From Spirochaetales bacterium (lineage in GTDB: Bacteria > Spirochaetota > Spirochaetia > UBA9216), in contig JAEKNX010000006.1 in NCBI GenBank assembly GCA_016839055.1, forward strand, positions 242,864-306,863: a DNA stretch of 64,000 nucleotides, in the 5' to 3' direction. The translations under genes were made by a program, and so were the position numbers. Positions 9,010 to 17,793 of this stretch are shown one piece after another. Position 1 is the first letter of the stretch, and each line of letters begins with the position of its first letter. The notes under the pieces are model-generated. The model saw nothing but the letters and a program-made list of their open reading frames with translations. It searched no databases and was not told where the DNA came from.

Positions 9010-9081
9010 TTGCGCGGGGCAAAAGTTGCTATGCGCAATTAAATATTTAATTAATATATACCGAATAAACAATATAGTCAA
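9010..9081 (-). promoter_or_regulatory. Sigma-70 promoter and tandem palindromic operator of the marR-arsM-peptide-rSAM-trx operon
   Basis: Minus strand TTGACT (9081-9076)-N17-TATATT (9058-9053); two TTGC-N5-GCAA palindromes at 9010-9022 and 9026-9038, just downstream of the predicted start site. Confidence 0.7.
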
Positions 9082-9142
9082 TCTTTTTTTTACAATCTTC
9101 AGGTCAGTTGAATAGTCCCGTATTTACCATTAGTATGCAGAG

Positions 9143-10171
9143 ATGGAAAACCAAGTCTCTGATTTTAATAAACTGACTCCTGATCTGGTCATTGACGCAG
9201 TGGAGGCCGCTGTTGATATTGAACTAACAAATTATACCCAGCCTATGCCGAGCTATATAAATAGGGTGTATGAGCTTAAGACAGAGGATGATAATTTTTA
9301 TATTGCGAAATTCTACCGTCCCGGTAGATGGAGCCACGCGGCACTCCTCGAAGAACACCGTTTTGTCCTTGATTGTGATGACGATGATATTCCCGTCGCG
9401 GCTCCGCTGCGGCTAACAGGACTCTCCGGCGGCGATGACGCTCCGACACTAGGTTCTGTTGAGGGGATTCCGTTTGCTGTTTTTCCAAGGAAAGGCGGCC
9501 GTCTATGGGAAGCCGAAAATTTCGACTATTGGATGAGAATCGGACGGCTGCTCGGACGGCTGCATAATACAGGAGCCGCCAGGGCCTCTCGCCACAGGAT
9601 AAGGCTTTCGGCCGGTCAGAGTTTTCTCTCCGATATAGAGACGTTGATGTCTTCCGACTGGATACACCCGGACCTGAAAGAAGAAGTCAGGCTTAACATC
9701 AAACGGCTCGAGACCCTTGTCTGCTCTTTATTCGAAGAGTATGGTGGAAATGAAAGTGACTATATAAGGGTTCACGGAGATTTTCATTCAGGAAACATCC
9801 TTGACCGGCCGGGTGAAGGCCTCTATCTGATGGACTTTGACGATATGGCAGTCTCTCTTCCTGTGCAGGATCTCTGGCTGCTGCTGCCGGACTACGCTCC
9901 CGAATCAGGTGCTGAGGCGGCGGCAATCATTGAAGGCTATCGCGAGTTTCGGCAATTCAAAACCGAGACAATGATGCTGATGGAGCCCCTTCGGGCGATG
10001 CGAATGATATATTTTCTCTGTTGGTGCGGAAAACAGAGAAATGATTTCAGGTTTCAGCATAGTTTCCCCGACTGGGGTGGAAAGGCATTCTGGCAGAGAG
10101 AGAGTCAGGATCTTTCAAATCAGCATGATCAGATTACCCGGGCTATAGAGGAGCAGACTCTCATTCCATAG
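9143..10171 (+). CDS. srkA: Stress-response Ser/Thr protein kinase (SrkA/RdoA/YihE family)
   Basis: SYINRVY, AKFYRPGRWS, RVHGDFHSGNIL, DFDD, VQDLWLLL, LRAMRMI motifs. Confidence 0.88.
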   Translation: MENQVSDFNKLTPDLVIDAVEAAVDIELTNYTQPMPSYINRVYELKTEDDNFYIAKFYRPGRWSHAALLEEHRFVLDCDDDDIPVAAPLRLTGLSGGDDAPTLGSVEGIPFAVFPRKGGRLWEAENFDYWMRIGRLLGRLHNTGAARASRHRIRLSAGQSFLSDIETLMSSDWIHPDLKEEVRLNIKRLETLVCSLFEEYGGNESDYIRVHGDFHSGNILDRPGEGLYLMDFDDMAVSLPVQDLWLLLPDYAPESGAEAAAIIEGYREFRQFKTETMMLMEPLRAMRMIYFLCWCGKQRNDFRFQHSFPDWGGKAFWQRESQDLSNQHDQITRAIEEQTLIP

Positions 10172-10194
10172 CCATTGGATTCACCCATCTTGAG

Positions 10195-10228
10195 AGGCGG
10201 CGCCCTCTCTCCTTTTAGAGGCGCCGCC
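10195..10228. terminator. GC-rich hairpin between the convergent srkA and NYN genes
   Basis: ggcggcgccctct...agaggcgccgcc imperfect inverted repeat. Confidence 0.5.
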
Positions 10229-10248
10229 GCTACTATTGCCGAGACCGG

Positions 10249-11283
10249 CTATTTCGTGAAGTGTTCATTTCCTTCGTCGGTAATCTCAACGTACCAGAAC
10301 TTTCCCTGACTTTCGCTTTTTACCAGTCCCCGTTTCTCGGCATCCTTTACCAGCTTCTTCATCTGCGAGTAGCCTGATTTTTTAATGTCGCTGCCTTCCT
10401 CAAGCATACGGTTATTAACTGAAGAGAAGGGGACTAGCTGTTTGCCGGTTTTGTCGGCGCAGTCTCTTATGGCTTTGAGCATGTTGTACATGATCTGCGG
10501 CAGCCTTGCCATATGCCCGCTGGGTTCTTTGTTGTCTATGTTCGCCAGGCTGATTATCTGATCATTCGCGGTATGTTCGAGTTCAATAGCACCCTGCTTT
10601 TCGGCAAAAAGGATGAAATTCTTCCAGCTCCTGAAGCCCAGACGGTTTTCATCGAAGGTGTCGTTCAGCAGCTTCATTCTGACCTTTACCGCACCGAGGG
10701 TCGTGACCTTCTTGCGTCTGTTCATGACAGTTATTGCTTCCTTGAGCAGGACAAGTGCCTCGGGAAGACTTATAGCATGTTTGGCTTCCTGGTTATTGTT
10801 TTCATCAGTCCCATGATCGTCCTCTTCCTCGGTGTCAGGAATCAGGTCTCTGAAGTCTTTATACTCATCGGCAAGCAGGAGCAGATCCTCACTTGCGCTC
10901 TGTGAGTCACAGATGATTATTGTTTCAATGCCGTGCTTTCTAAGACTTTGAAGCAGCGGCCTGAAATCGGCGTCTCCGGTTACAAGGATCATCTTCCTGA
11001 TGTGAGGGTACTGATAAATAAGTTCTACAGCATGTGTGGTTAGTGCCATATCAGCGCTGTTTTTCTGTTTTTTATTATATGGCACATGTACCATTTCAAA
11101 TGAGTGTTCGGCCAGAGATTCAGAGGTTTTCCTGATTGAGCCTCTTGCCCAGTCTCCGTAAGCGGTCGCAACCGAAACCTTACCGAGTTCACTTGCATAT
11201 TCCATAAGACCGTTTACAAACAGTGAATCTGATCTCGGTGTAACATTCTCTATATCCCAAAGTATCGCAATTGATTCTTTCAT
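10249..11283 (-). CDS. NYN (LabA/DUF88, PIN-like) domain protein with C-terminal OST-HTH/LOTUS-like domains
   Basis: ILWDIENV, AYGDW, KNSADMAL, LVTGDADF motifs; FDENRLGFRSW and GYSQMKKLV LOTUS-like segments. Confidence 0.85.
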   Translation of the reverse strand: MKESIAILWDIENVTPRSDSLFVNGLMEYASELGKVSVATAYGDWARGSIRKTSESLAEHSFEMVHVPYNKKQKNSADMALTTHAVELIYQYPHIRKMILVTGDADFRPLLQSLRKHGIETIIICDSQSASEDLLLLADEYKDFRDLIPDTEEEDDHGTDENNNQEAKHAISLPEALVLLKEAITVMNRRKKVTTLGAVKVRMKLLNDTFDENRLGFRSWKNFILFAEKQGAIELEHTANDQIISLANIDNKEPSGHMARLPQIMYNMLKAIRDCADKTGKQLVPFSSVNNRMLEEGSDIKKSGYSQMKKLVKDAEKRGLVKSESQGKFWYVEITDEGNEHFTK

Positions 11284-11396
11284 TACATTCCTTTCGTTTT
11301 GTTTTTGTCTCTCCATTATAGAACATATAATTATTTTTTTGTATACTAAAATTATACGGTATTAAATTCAGCACAAATCTATTAGAAGGAGATTAT

Positions 11397-11882
11397 ATGT
11401 CTTGTATTGATTGCGGTGACGCTGTCATGAAAGAAGCAAGGGAAATCGTTGAGAAGATAGGTTCAGAACCTGAAAAGGTGATTCCCCTTCTCCAGGAAAT
11501 CCAGAACCGGCATGGTTATCTATCACAGGATCTTGTAGAGGCGGTTGCGGAGGTTGTGGAAATTCCTGTTTCTCGCTTATACGGTGTAGCTACTTTTTAT
11601 TCCCAGTTCAGATTCACTCCTATGGGAAAAAATCTTGTTAAGATATGTAAGGGAACTGCCTGCCATGTTGGGGGAGCCGAGAAGGTTTACTCAATTATTA
11701 CAGAGGAACTCGGAGTTGGTGAAGGCGGGACAACCGCGGACGGTCTCTTTACTGTTGAGGCGGTAGCCTGCCTGGGATGTTGTTCTCTGGCGCCGGTTGT
11801 AATGATAAATGATAATATCTACGGAAAAATATCCCCGGCAAAAATGGGTAAAATACTGAAGGAATATGCGGATGGAAAATAG
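11397..11882 (+). CDS. NuoE/HydC-like [2Fe-2S] subunit
   Basis: VATFYSQF, CKGTACH, ACLGCCSLAP. Confidence 0.9.
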   Translation: MSCIDCGDAVMKEAREIVEKIGSEPEKVIPLLQEIQNRHGYLSQDLVEAVAEVVEIPVSRLYGVATFYSQFRFTPMGKNLVKICKGTACHVGGAEKVYSIITEELGVGEGGTTADGLFTVEAVACLGCCSLAPVVMINDNIYGKISPAKMGKILKEYADGK

Positions 11883-13629
11883 CGGCAGGATAATTGTTGG
11901 CATGGGATCCTGCGGAATTGCCGCGGGTGCGAAGGCTGTGTACCAGCAGCTTGAAAAGGCTGATTTAGGTATCCCTCTTGGTCTCACCTCCTGCGTAGGA
12001 ATGTGTTTTGCAGAGCCTATTGTAGAGGTTGAGTCTCTTTCAGGCAGAATCATGTACGGGAATGTGGATGCGGCCTTTGCCGATAAACTGATTGAAAGTT
12101 TGAAAACCGGTACAGAAAATCTTCCCGCTGAAAACAGAATCAAGGAAAGCTCTGACGGGAAAAAATATCTCGACAGACAGGTGAAAATCGCACTCAAAAA
12201 TTGCGGGGTAATCGATCCGGAGAATATTGATGAATACATTGCCGCAGGCGGGTATGACGCGATAAAAAAATGCATAGAGAGTATGAAGCCTGATGAGGTA
12301 ATTGAAACGGTTAAAGAGTCGGGTCTCCGGGGCCGCGGCGGAGCCGGGTTTACTACCGGAATAAAATGGTCTTTTCTTGCGGGAGCGAAGGGGGACCCTA
12401 AATACCTGGTCTGCAATGCTGATGAGGGTGATCCGGGCGCGTTCATGGACAGGGCCGTTCTCGAGGGCGACCCGCATTCAGTAATCGAGGGAATGCTGGT
12501 AGCCGCCTACTCAACCGGTGCGTCCCTCGGATATGTTTACTGTCGTGCCGAGTATCCTCTTGCAATCAAGCGGCTTATAAAGGCTATAGCCGATGCCGAA
12601 GAGCGGAACCTTATGGGTGATAACATCCTTGGAACGGAATTTTCTTTCCATCTCAAGGTTAAGGAAGGAGCCGGAGCCTTTGTCTGCGGTGAAGAGACCG
12701 CCCTCATGGCGTCAATCGAAGGCCGTCGGGGCATGCCCGCTCTCCGGCCTCCATTTCCGGCTGAAGCAGGAATTAAGGGCAAACCGACGAATATCAACAA
12801 TGTTGAAACCTATGCGAATGTTCCTTTTATAATACGGGAAGGGCCTTCGTCTTTTAACAAATACTCATACGGCAGCAGTGTAGGAACCAAGGTTTTTGCC
12901 CTGGCCGGGAAAATAAAGAGAGTAGGCCTTGTCGAGGTTCCTATGGGAATCTCTATTAGAGAAATTATCGAGGAGATAGGCGGCGGAAGCGCTACCGGAA
13001 ATCCGATAAAGGCTGTTCAGCTTGGCGGCCCAGCCGGCGGATGTATTCCCGAGAGCCTCTTTGACACCCCCATTGACTATGATTCAATTAACGCCACGGG
13101 CGCAATAATGGGTTCCGGCGGAATGGTTGTAATGGATGACCAGACCTGTATGGTTGATGTTGCCCGGTACTTCCTGAACTTTACCCAAAAGGAAAGCTGT
13201 GGTAAGTGTACATTCTGTAGAATTGGAACGAAACGAATGCTTGAAATTCTGACAAGGATTACCGACGGAAAGGGTGTTGAAAATGACATCAGCCTGCTCG
13301 AAGAGCTAGCCGGTCATATTAAAAAAACTTCGCTCTGCGGTCTAGGTCAGCTTGCTCCGAACCCGGTTCTCACCACCCTCAAATATTTCAGGGATGAGTA
13401 TGAGGCTCATATTGTCGATAAGAAATGTCCGGCCGGAGTCTGCAAACCGCTTATCACCTTCACTGTTAATCCGGAAAACTGTGTAGGCTGTACCGCCTGC
13501 GCGAAGGCCTGCCCTACGAAGTGTATCAGCGGCGAAAGAAAAGAGGTTCATTTTATTGATCCTGAGAAATGCGTTAAATGCGGAATCTGTCGCGATACCT
13601 GTAAATTTGACGCAATTGATGTTGAGTAG
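11872..13629 (+). CDS. NuoF/HydB-like FMN/NADH-binding subunit (alternative start 11866)
   Basis: N-terminal thioredoxin-like FeS (CGIAAGA...CVGMC); GRGGAGF, NADEGDPGAFMDR, GAFVCGEETAL, SCGKCTFCR; C-terminal 2x[4Fe-4S]. Confidence 0.9.
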   Translation: MENSGRIIVGMGSCGIAAGAKAVYQQLEKADLGIPLGLTSCVGMCFAEPIVEVESLSGRIMYGNVDAAFADKLIESLKTGTENLPAENRIKESSDGKKYLDRQVKIALKNCGVIDPENIDEYIAAGGYDAIKKCIESMKPDEVIETVKESGLRGRGGAGFTTGIKWSFLAGAKGDPKYLVCNADEGDPGAFMDRAVLEGDPHSVIEGMLVAAYSTGASLGYVYCRAEYPLAIKRLIKAIADAEERNLMGDNILGTEFSFHLKVKEGAGAFVCGEETALMASIEGRRGMPALRPPFPAEAGIKGKPTNINNVETYANVPFIIREGPSSFNKYSYGSSVGTKVFALAGKIKRVGLVEVPMGISIREIIEEIGGGSATGNPIKAVQLGGPAGGCIPESLFDTPIDYDSINATGAIMGSGGMVVMDDQTCMVDVARYFLNFTQKESCGKCTFCRIGTKRMLEILTRITDGKGVENDISLLEELAGHIKKTSLCGLGQLAPNPVLTTLKYFRDEYEAHIVDKKCPAGVCKPLITFTVNPENCVGCTACAKACPTKCISGERKEVHFIDPEKCVKCGICRDTCKFDAIDVE

Positions 13630-13639
13630 AGGAAAAAAC

Positions 13640-15703
13640 ATGTCTGATGTTACAGTAAAAATAAATGATGTTGAGGTGCGGATAGAAACCGGAGCAACCA
13701 TTCTTGATGCCGCGCGAAAAGCCGGATTTGATATTCCGACCTTCTGTCACTCCGAGACTCTTGTGCCCTTTACAAGCTGTTTTATGTGCGCTGTGAAGGT
13801 TGAAGGCGGACGTGGGAATCTTGTTCCCTCCTGTGCCACCAAGGTGCGGGACGGCATGGCCGTCACGGTTGAATCCGAAGAAATTGACGCGGCAAGAAGA
13901 ATGTGTCTGAATCTTCTTCTGTCTGACCACTGCGGTGACTGCCTTCCTCCATGTGAGGACGCATGTCCCGCATCTATTGATATTAAAGGATTCATGGGGC
14001 TCGTAGCCGAAGGCCGTGAGCTTGAAGCAGCAAAACTCATCAGAGAAAAAGCGCCCATAGGAGGAATTCTCGGACGAATATGTCCGCGCCCCTGTGAGGA
14101 CAGCTGCCGCCGAAGCCGGGTAGAGGACTCGATGTCCATCTGTTATATGAAGCGGTATATCTCCGATTATGAGATGAAGGAGCTCGGGCGCAGGGATTTT
14201 CCTGAAGCAGCGCCCTCGAGTGGAAAGAAAATTGCAGTAATCGGTGCCGGGCCTGCCGGAATGTCGGCCGCCTATTTTCTCAGGCTGAAAGGGCATGAGG
14301 TAACCGTCTTCGAGGCTCATAAGAAATCCGGCGGAATGCTCCGCTACGGAATTCCCTATTACCGCCTTCCGGATGAAATCCTTTGCGACGAGCTGGGAGC
14401 TATTGAGGAGTTGGGAGTAAAGGTCAGGTATGAAACCTTAGTCGGCAGAGACGTTTCTGTTAAAGAACTTGAGAAGGATTATGATTCACTCCTTCTTGCA
14501 ATAGGCGCCCAGGGAGCCTCCTCCATCAGGGTTCCCGGCGAAGATCTCGACGGGGTTTACTCTGGAATTGACTACCTCGGCAAACTCGCCGATGGAGATG
14601 AGCCGGAAATAGGCAACAGGGTAGTCGTAATCGGAGGCGGAAATACCGCAATCGACGTTGCGCGCTCGGCGGTGAGAAAGGGAGCTGAGGTTACTATTCT
14701 TTACCGAAGGACCCGGGCCGAGATGCCGGCGAGTGACTTTGAGATTGATGAAGCCCTCCACGAGGGAGTCAAGATTGAATACCTCGCGGCGCCGACCGCC
14801 ATAGAGAAGGACGGGGAAGGTCTTTCTGTCCAGTGCATCAGGATGGAACTCGGTGAAGCCGACGCAAGCGGCCGCCGTAGACCCGTTCCCGTTAAAGGTT
14901 CGGAGCACAGAATAGGCGCAAGCTCCGTCATCGGTGCGATCGGACAGAAGGTTGTGCCCGATTCGGTAACGCAGCTGGGAGTGGAGCTTACCAGGTGGGG
15001 CTCGATTCTCACCGACGAGAGAACATATATGACCGGCCGACCTGGAGTCTTCGCCTGCGGAGACTGTCAGACCGGCGCCGATATTGCCGTTAGAGCTGCA
15101 GGCGCGGGCCGGAAGGCCGCGTATTCGATTGATCAGTATCTCGAAGGCGAAGAGGTTACCGGAGAACCCGTTCTTTTTAACTCAAAAATGGGGGAACTCA
15201 ATGGTGTCAGCGAAAAACTCTTTGAAGGCGTTGCAGCCCGGGACAAGGTTGAGATGCCGCTAATTGGTGACCAGCGGCGAGTGACAACCTTCGATGAAAT
15301 CGAGACAGGTTTCACCACTCAGGCGGCGCGGAAAGAGGCTGAACGCTGTCTTAAGTGCGGCTGTGATGCTGCCGATGACTGCAAGCTTCGTGATTACTCT
15401 ACCCGCTACGGGGCCGATCAGGAGTATTTTCAGGGCGAACGCCGTGAATATGATATCGATAAAACCCATGAACTTGTCAAAATGGAGTTTAATAAGTGTA
15501 TCAACTGCGGAAACTGTGTCCGGGCATGTGCCGAAGTTAAGGGGCTCGATGTTTTCTCCTATGTTGACCGGGGATTTGTAACCAGGATGAGGGCGCCTTT
15601 CGGCAAGTCGCTGGTGGACACCTCCTGTGACGGCTGCGGCGAATGCGTCAAGGTTTGTCCAACTGCAGCTGTAATGATGAAAAAAGAACCTCAGCCTGTC
15701 TGA
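13640..15703 (+). CDS. NuoG/HydA-like FeS scaffold with an inserted GltD/NfnB-type FAD/NADPH domain; no H-cluster or molybdopterin domain
   Basis: [2Fe-2S] PTFCH..SCFMC..PSC; HCGDC; GRICPRPCEDSC; GAGPAG; GGGNTAIDVAR and YRR (NADPH-type); ends after 2x[4Fe-4S] (CINCGNCVRAC, CDGCGECVKVCP). AGGA RBS before ATG 13640. Confidence 0.85.
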   Translation: MSDVTVKINDVEVRIETGATILDAARKAGFDIPTFCHSETLVPFTSCFMCAVKVEGGRGNLVPSCATKVRDGMAVTVESEEIDAARRMCLNLLLSDHCGDCLPPCEDACPASIDIKGFMGLVAEGRELEAAKLIREKAPIGGILGRICPRPCEDSCRRSRVEDSMSICYMKRYISDYEMKELGRRDFPEAAPSSGKKIAVIGAGPAGMSAAYFLRLKGHEVTVFEAHKKSGGMLRYGIPYYRLPDEILCDELGAIEELGVKVRYETLVGRDVSVKELEKDYDSLLLAIGAQGASSIRVPGEDLDGVYSGIDYLGKLADGDEPEIGNRVVVIGGGNTAIDVARSAVRKGAEVTILYRRTRAEMPASDFEIDEALHEGVKIEYLAAPTAIEKDGEGLSVQCIRMELGEADASGRRRPVPVKGSEHRIGASSVIGAIGQKVVPDSVTQLGVELTRWGSILTDERTYMTGRPGVFACGDCQTGADIAVRAAGAGRKAAYSIDQYLEGEEVTGEPVLFNSKMGELNGVSEKLFEGVAARDKVEMPLIGDQRRVTTFDEIETGFTTQAARKEAERCLKCGCDAADDCKLRDYSTRYGADQEYFQGERREYDIDKTHELVKMEFNKCINCGNCVRACAEVKGLDVFSYVDRGFVTRMRAPFGKSLVDTSCDGCGECVKVCPTAAVMMKKEPQPV

Positions 15704-15752
15704 GGTTTATGATTGTCCCCCTTTCGGGGAGCTGATATTTAAGGAGTGGTAA

Positions 15753-17723
15753 ATGAATTTAAATGGAATTAAGGCGTCTGCAACGAGCATAAGGGCTCTT
15801 TCAATGGACGCAGTACAGGCGGCCAACTCGGGTCATCCGGGAATGCCGATGGGAAACGCGGAACTTGCGGCGGTCCTCTATGGTGAGGTAATGAAATATA
15901 ATCCGGCTGATTCAAGCTGGGTAGACCGTGACAGATTTGTTCTTTCGGCAGGTCATGGATCGATGCTTCTGTATTCAATCCTTCATCTTGCAGGATATAA
16001 AATATCTTTAAATGATCTTAAGAATTTCAGGCAGCTCGGCTCAAAGACTCCCGGGCATCCCGAATATAAATTTACCGACGGTGTTGATACGACTACCGGG
16101 CCTCTAGGCGCCGGTATTAGTAATGCTGTGGGTATGGCTGTTGCCGAGACAATTCTCGCAGATAAATTCAATACAGCCGAAAATAAGATAGTAGATCATT
16201 ATACCTATGCACTCTGCGGCGACGGCTGCATGATGGAAGGTGTAGCCTCTGAGGCGGCTTCTTTTGCCGGTCATCAGGGCCTTGGTAAACTGGTTCTTTT
16301 CTATGATTCAAATAGAATTACAATTGAGGGTAAAACAGATATTGCCTTCTCTGAAGATGTTGCAAAAAGATATGAGGCCTACGGTTGGCAGGTGCTTAAT
16401 GGGAACGCCTTCGAGCCTGCTCAGATTCTTGAGCTTGTAGAAAAGGCAAAAGCTGACGAGCTCAGACCATCCCTGATTATTCTCGAGGGAACTATCGGCA
16501 AGGGCGCCGCGACACTCGAAGGAAGTCACGAAACCCACGGTGCTCCTCTAGGTGCTGAGGAGATAAAGGCGACAAGGGCAAAGCTCGGAATTCCCGTGGA
16601 TCAGGATTTTTATGTTGCTCCCGAAGCCCGAGAATATTTTAAAACTGTTCAGCAGCGCTGCGAGGCGGGTGCAGAACAGTGGAGTAAAAATTTCGACGCA
16701 TGGGCCGCGGCAAACACCGGACTCAAGGCTGAATGGGACAACTGGTTTGCCGCTGATCTTTCCGTTTCCAATGCCGCCATGCCTGAGTATAAAATCGGTG
16801 ACAGCATAGCTACCCGCTCGGCCGGAGAGAAGGCTATTAACGCTGTTGCTGCTGCGGTTCCCAATTTCTACGGCGGCTCTGCAGACCTCGGCCCATCAAA
16901 CAAGACCGTACTCAAAGGCTTAGGTGATTATTCAATCGAAAACAGAAGCGGAAGGAATTTTCATTTCGGAATCCGTGAGCACGGAATGGGAGGAATAGTA
17001 AACGGTATGGTTCTCCACGGCGGTCTCAGGGCTTACGGCGCTACCTTCCTGGTCTTTGCCGACTATATGAGACCTCCATTAAGACTATCGGCTCTGATGG
17101 GAATACCTTCGGTCTTTGTTTTTACCCACGATTCAATCTTTGTCGGGGAAGACGGTCCCACTCACCAGCCGATAGAGCATCTGGCCTCTCTCCGGATAAT
17201 TCCGAATCTTCAAGTGCTGAGACCTGCGGACGGTGAAGAGACGAATGTCGCCTGGCAGATGGCCATTGAGGCCACAAACAAACCTACGGTTATTGCTCTT
17301 TCAAGACAGAATCTGACAGTATTTCCGAAGGCTGATTCAAACTGGAAGACGAATATGAGAAAGGGTGCCTATATAGTTAAGGACTGCGCCGGCACGCCTG
17401 ATTTGGTGATAGCCGCAACTGGTTCTGAGGTAAATCTTGCGCTCGATGCGGCCGAAGGCTCAACAAAGAAGATAAGAATTGTATCAATAACTGAGCTGAA
17501 CCTCTTCATGAATCAAGACAAGTCGTTCAGAGAGAGTGTTATTCCCCTAGGCGTCAGGGTTGTTACAGCCGAAGCCGGAGTGTCATACGGCTGGGAAAAA
17601 CTGGCTACATCCACCGAGGATGTTTTCTGTATTGAACGCTTCGGAGAATCAGGCCCCCCATCCAAAGTTGCCGAGCATCTTGGTTTTACCGCAAGCGATC
17701 TTAAGACTGTAATTGAAAGATAG
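15753..17723 (+). CDS. tkt: Transketolase
   Basis: SGHPG, DRFVLSAGH, TTGPLG, GDGCMMEG, FGIREH, THDSIFVGEDGPTHQP. Confidence 0.97.
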   Translation: MNLNGIKASATSIRALSMDAVQAANSGHPGMPMGNAELAAVLYGEVMKYNPADSSWVDRDRFVLSAGHGSMLLYSILHLAGYKISLNDLKNFRQLGSKTPGHPEYKFTDGVDTTTGPLGAGISNAVGMAVAETILADKFNTAENKIVDHYTYALCGDGCMMEGVASEAASFAGHQGLGKLVLFYDSNRITIEGKTDIAFSEDVAKRYEAYGWQVLNGNAFEPAQILELVEKAKADELRPSLIILEGTIGKGAATLEGSHETHGAPLGAEEIKATRAKLGIPVDQDFYVAPEAREYFKTVQQRCEAGAEQWSKNFDAWAAANTGLKAEWDNWFAADLSVSNAAMPEYKIGDSIATRSAGEKAINAVAAAVPNFYGGSADLGPSNKTVLKGLGDYSIENRSGRNFHFGIREHGMGGIVNGMVLHGGLRAYGATFLVFADYMRPPLRLSALMGIPSVFVFTHDSIFVGEDGPTHQPIEHLASLRIIPNLQVLRPADGEETNVAWQMAIEATNKPTVIALSRQNLTVFPKADSNWKTNMRKGAYIVKDCAGTPDLVIAATGSEVNLALDAAEGSTKKIRIVSITELNLFMNQDKSFRESVIPLGVRVVTAEAGVSYGWEKLATSTEDVFCIERFGESGPPSKVAEHLGFTASDLKTVIER

Positions 17724-17754
17724 TTAAAGACGGGGCGGCTGCCCCTATATAGCG

Positions 17755-17790
17755 AAGGCTGCCGGTTTATGGAATCGGCAGCCTTTTTTT
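17755..17790 (+). terminator. Rho-independent terminator after tkt
   Basis: aaggctgccggtt...aatcggcagcctt followed by a T run. Confidence 0.8.
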
Positions 17791-17793
17791 GAT

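Noticed and set aside
11397-15703. Respiratory complex I nuoEFG or a trimeric [FeFe]-hydrogenase
   Set aside because: No other nuo genes are present, and the third subunit has no H-cluster motifs but does have a GltD-type domain.
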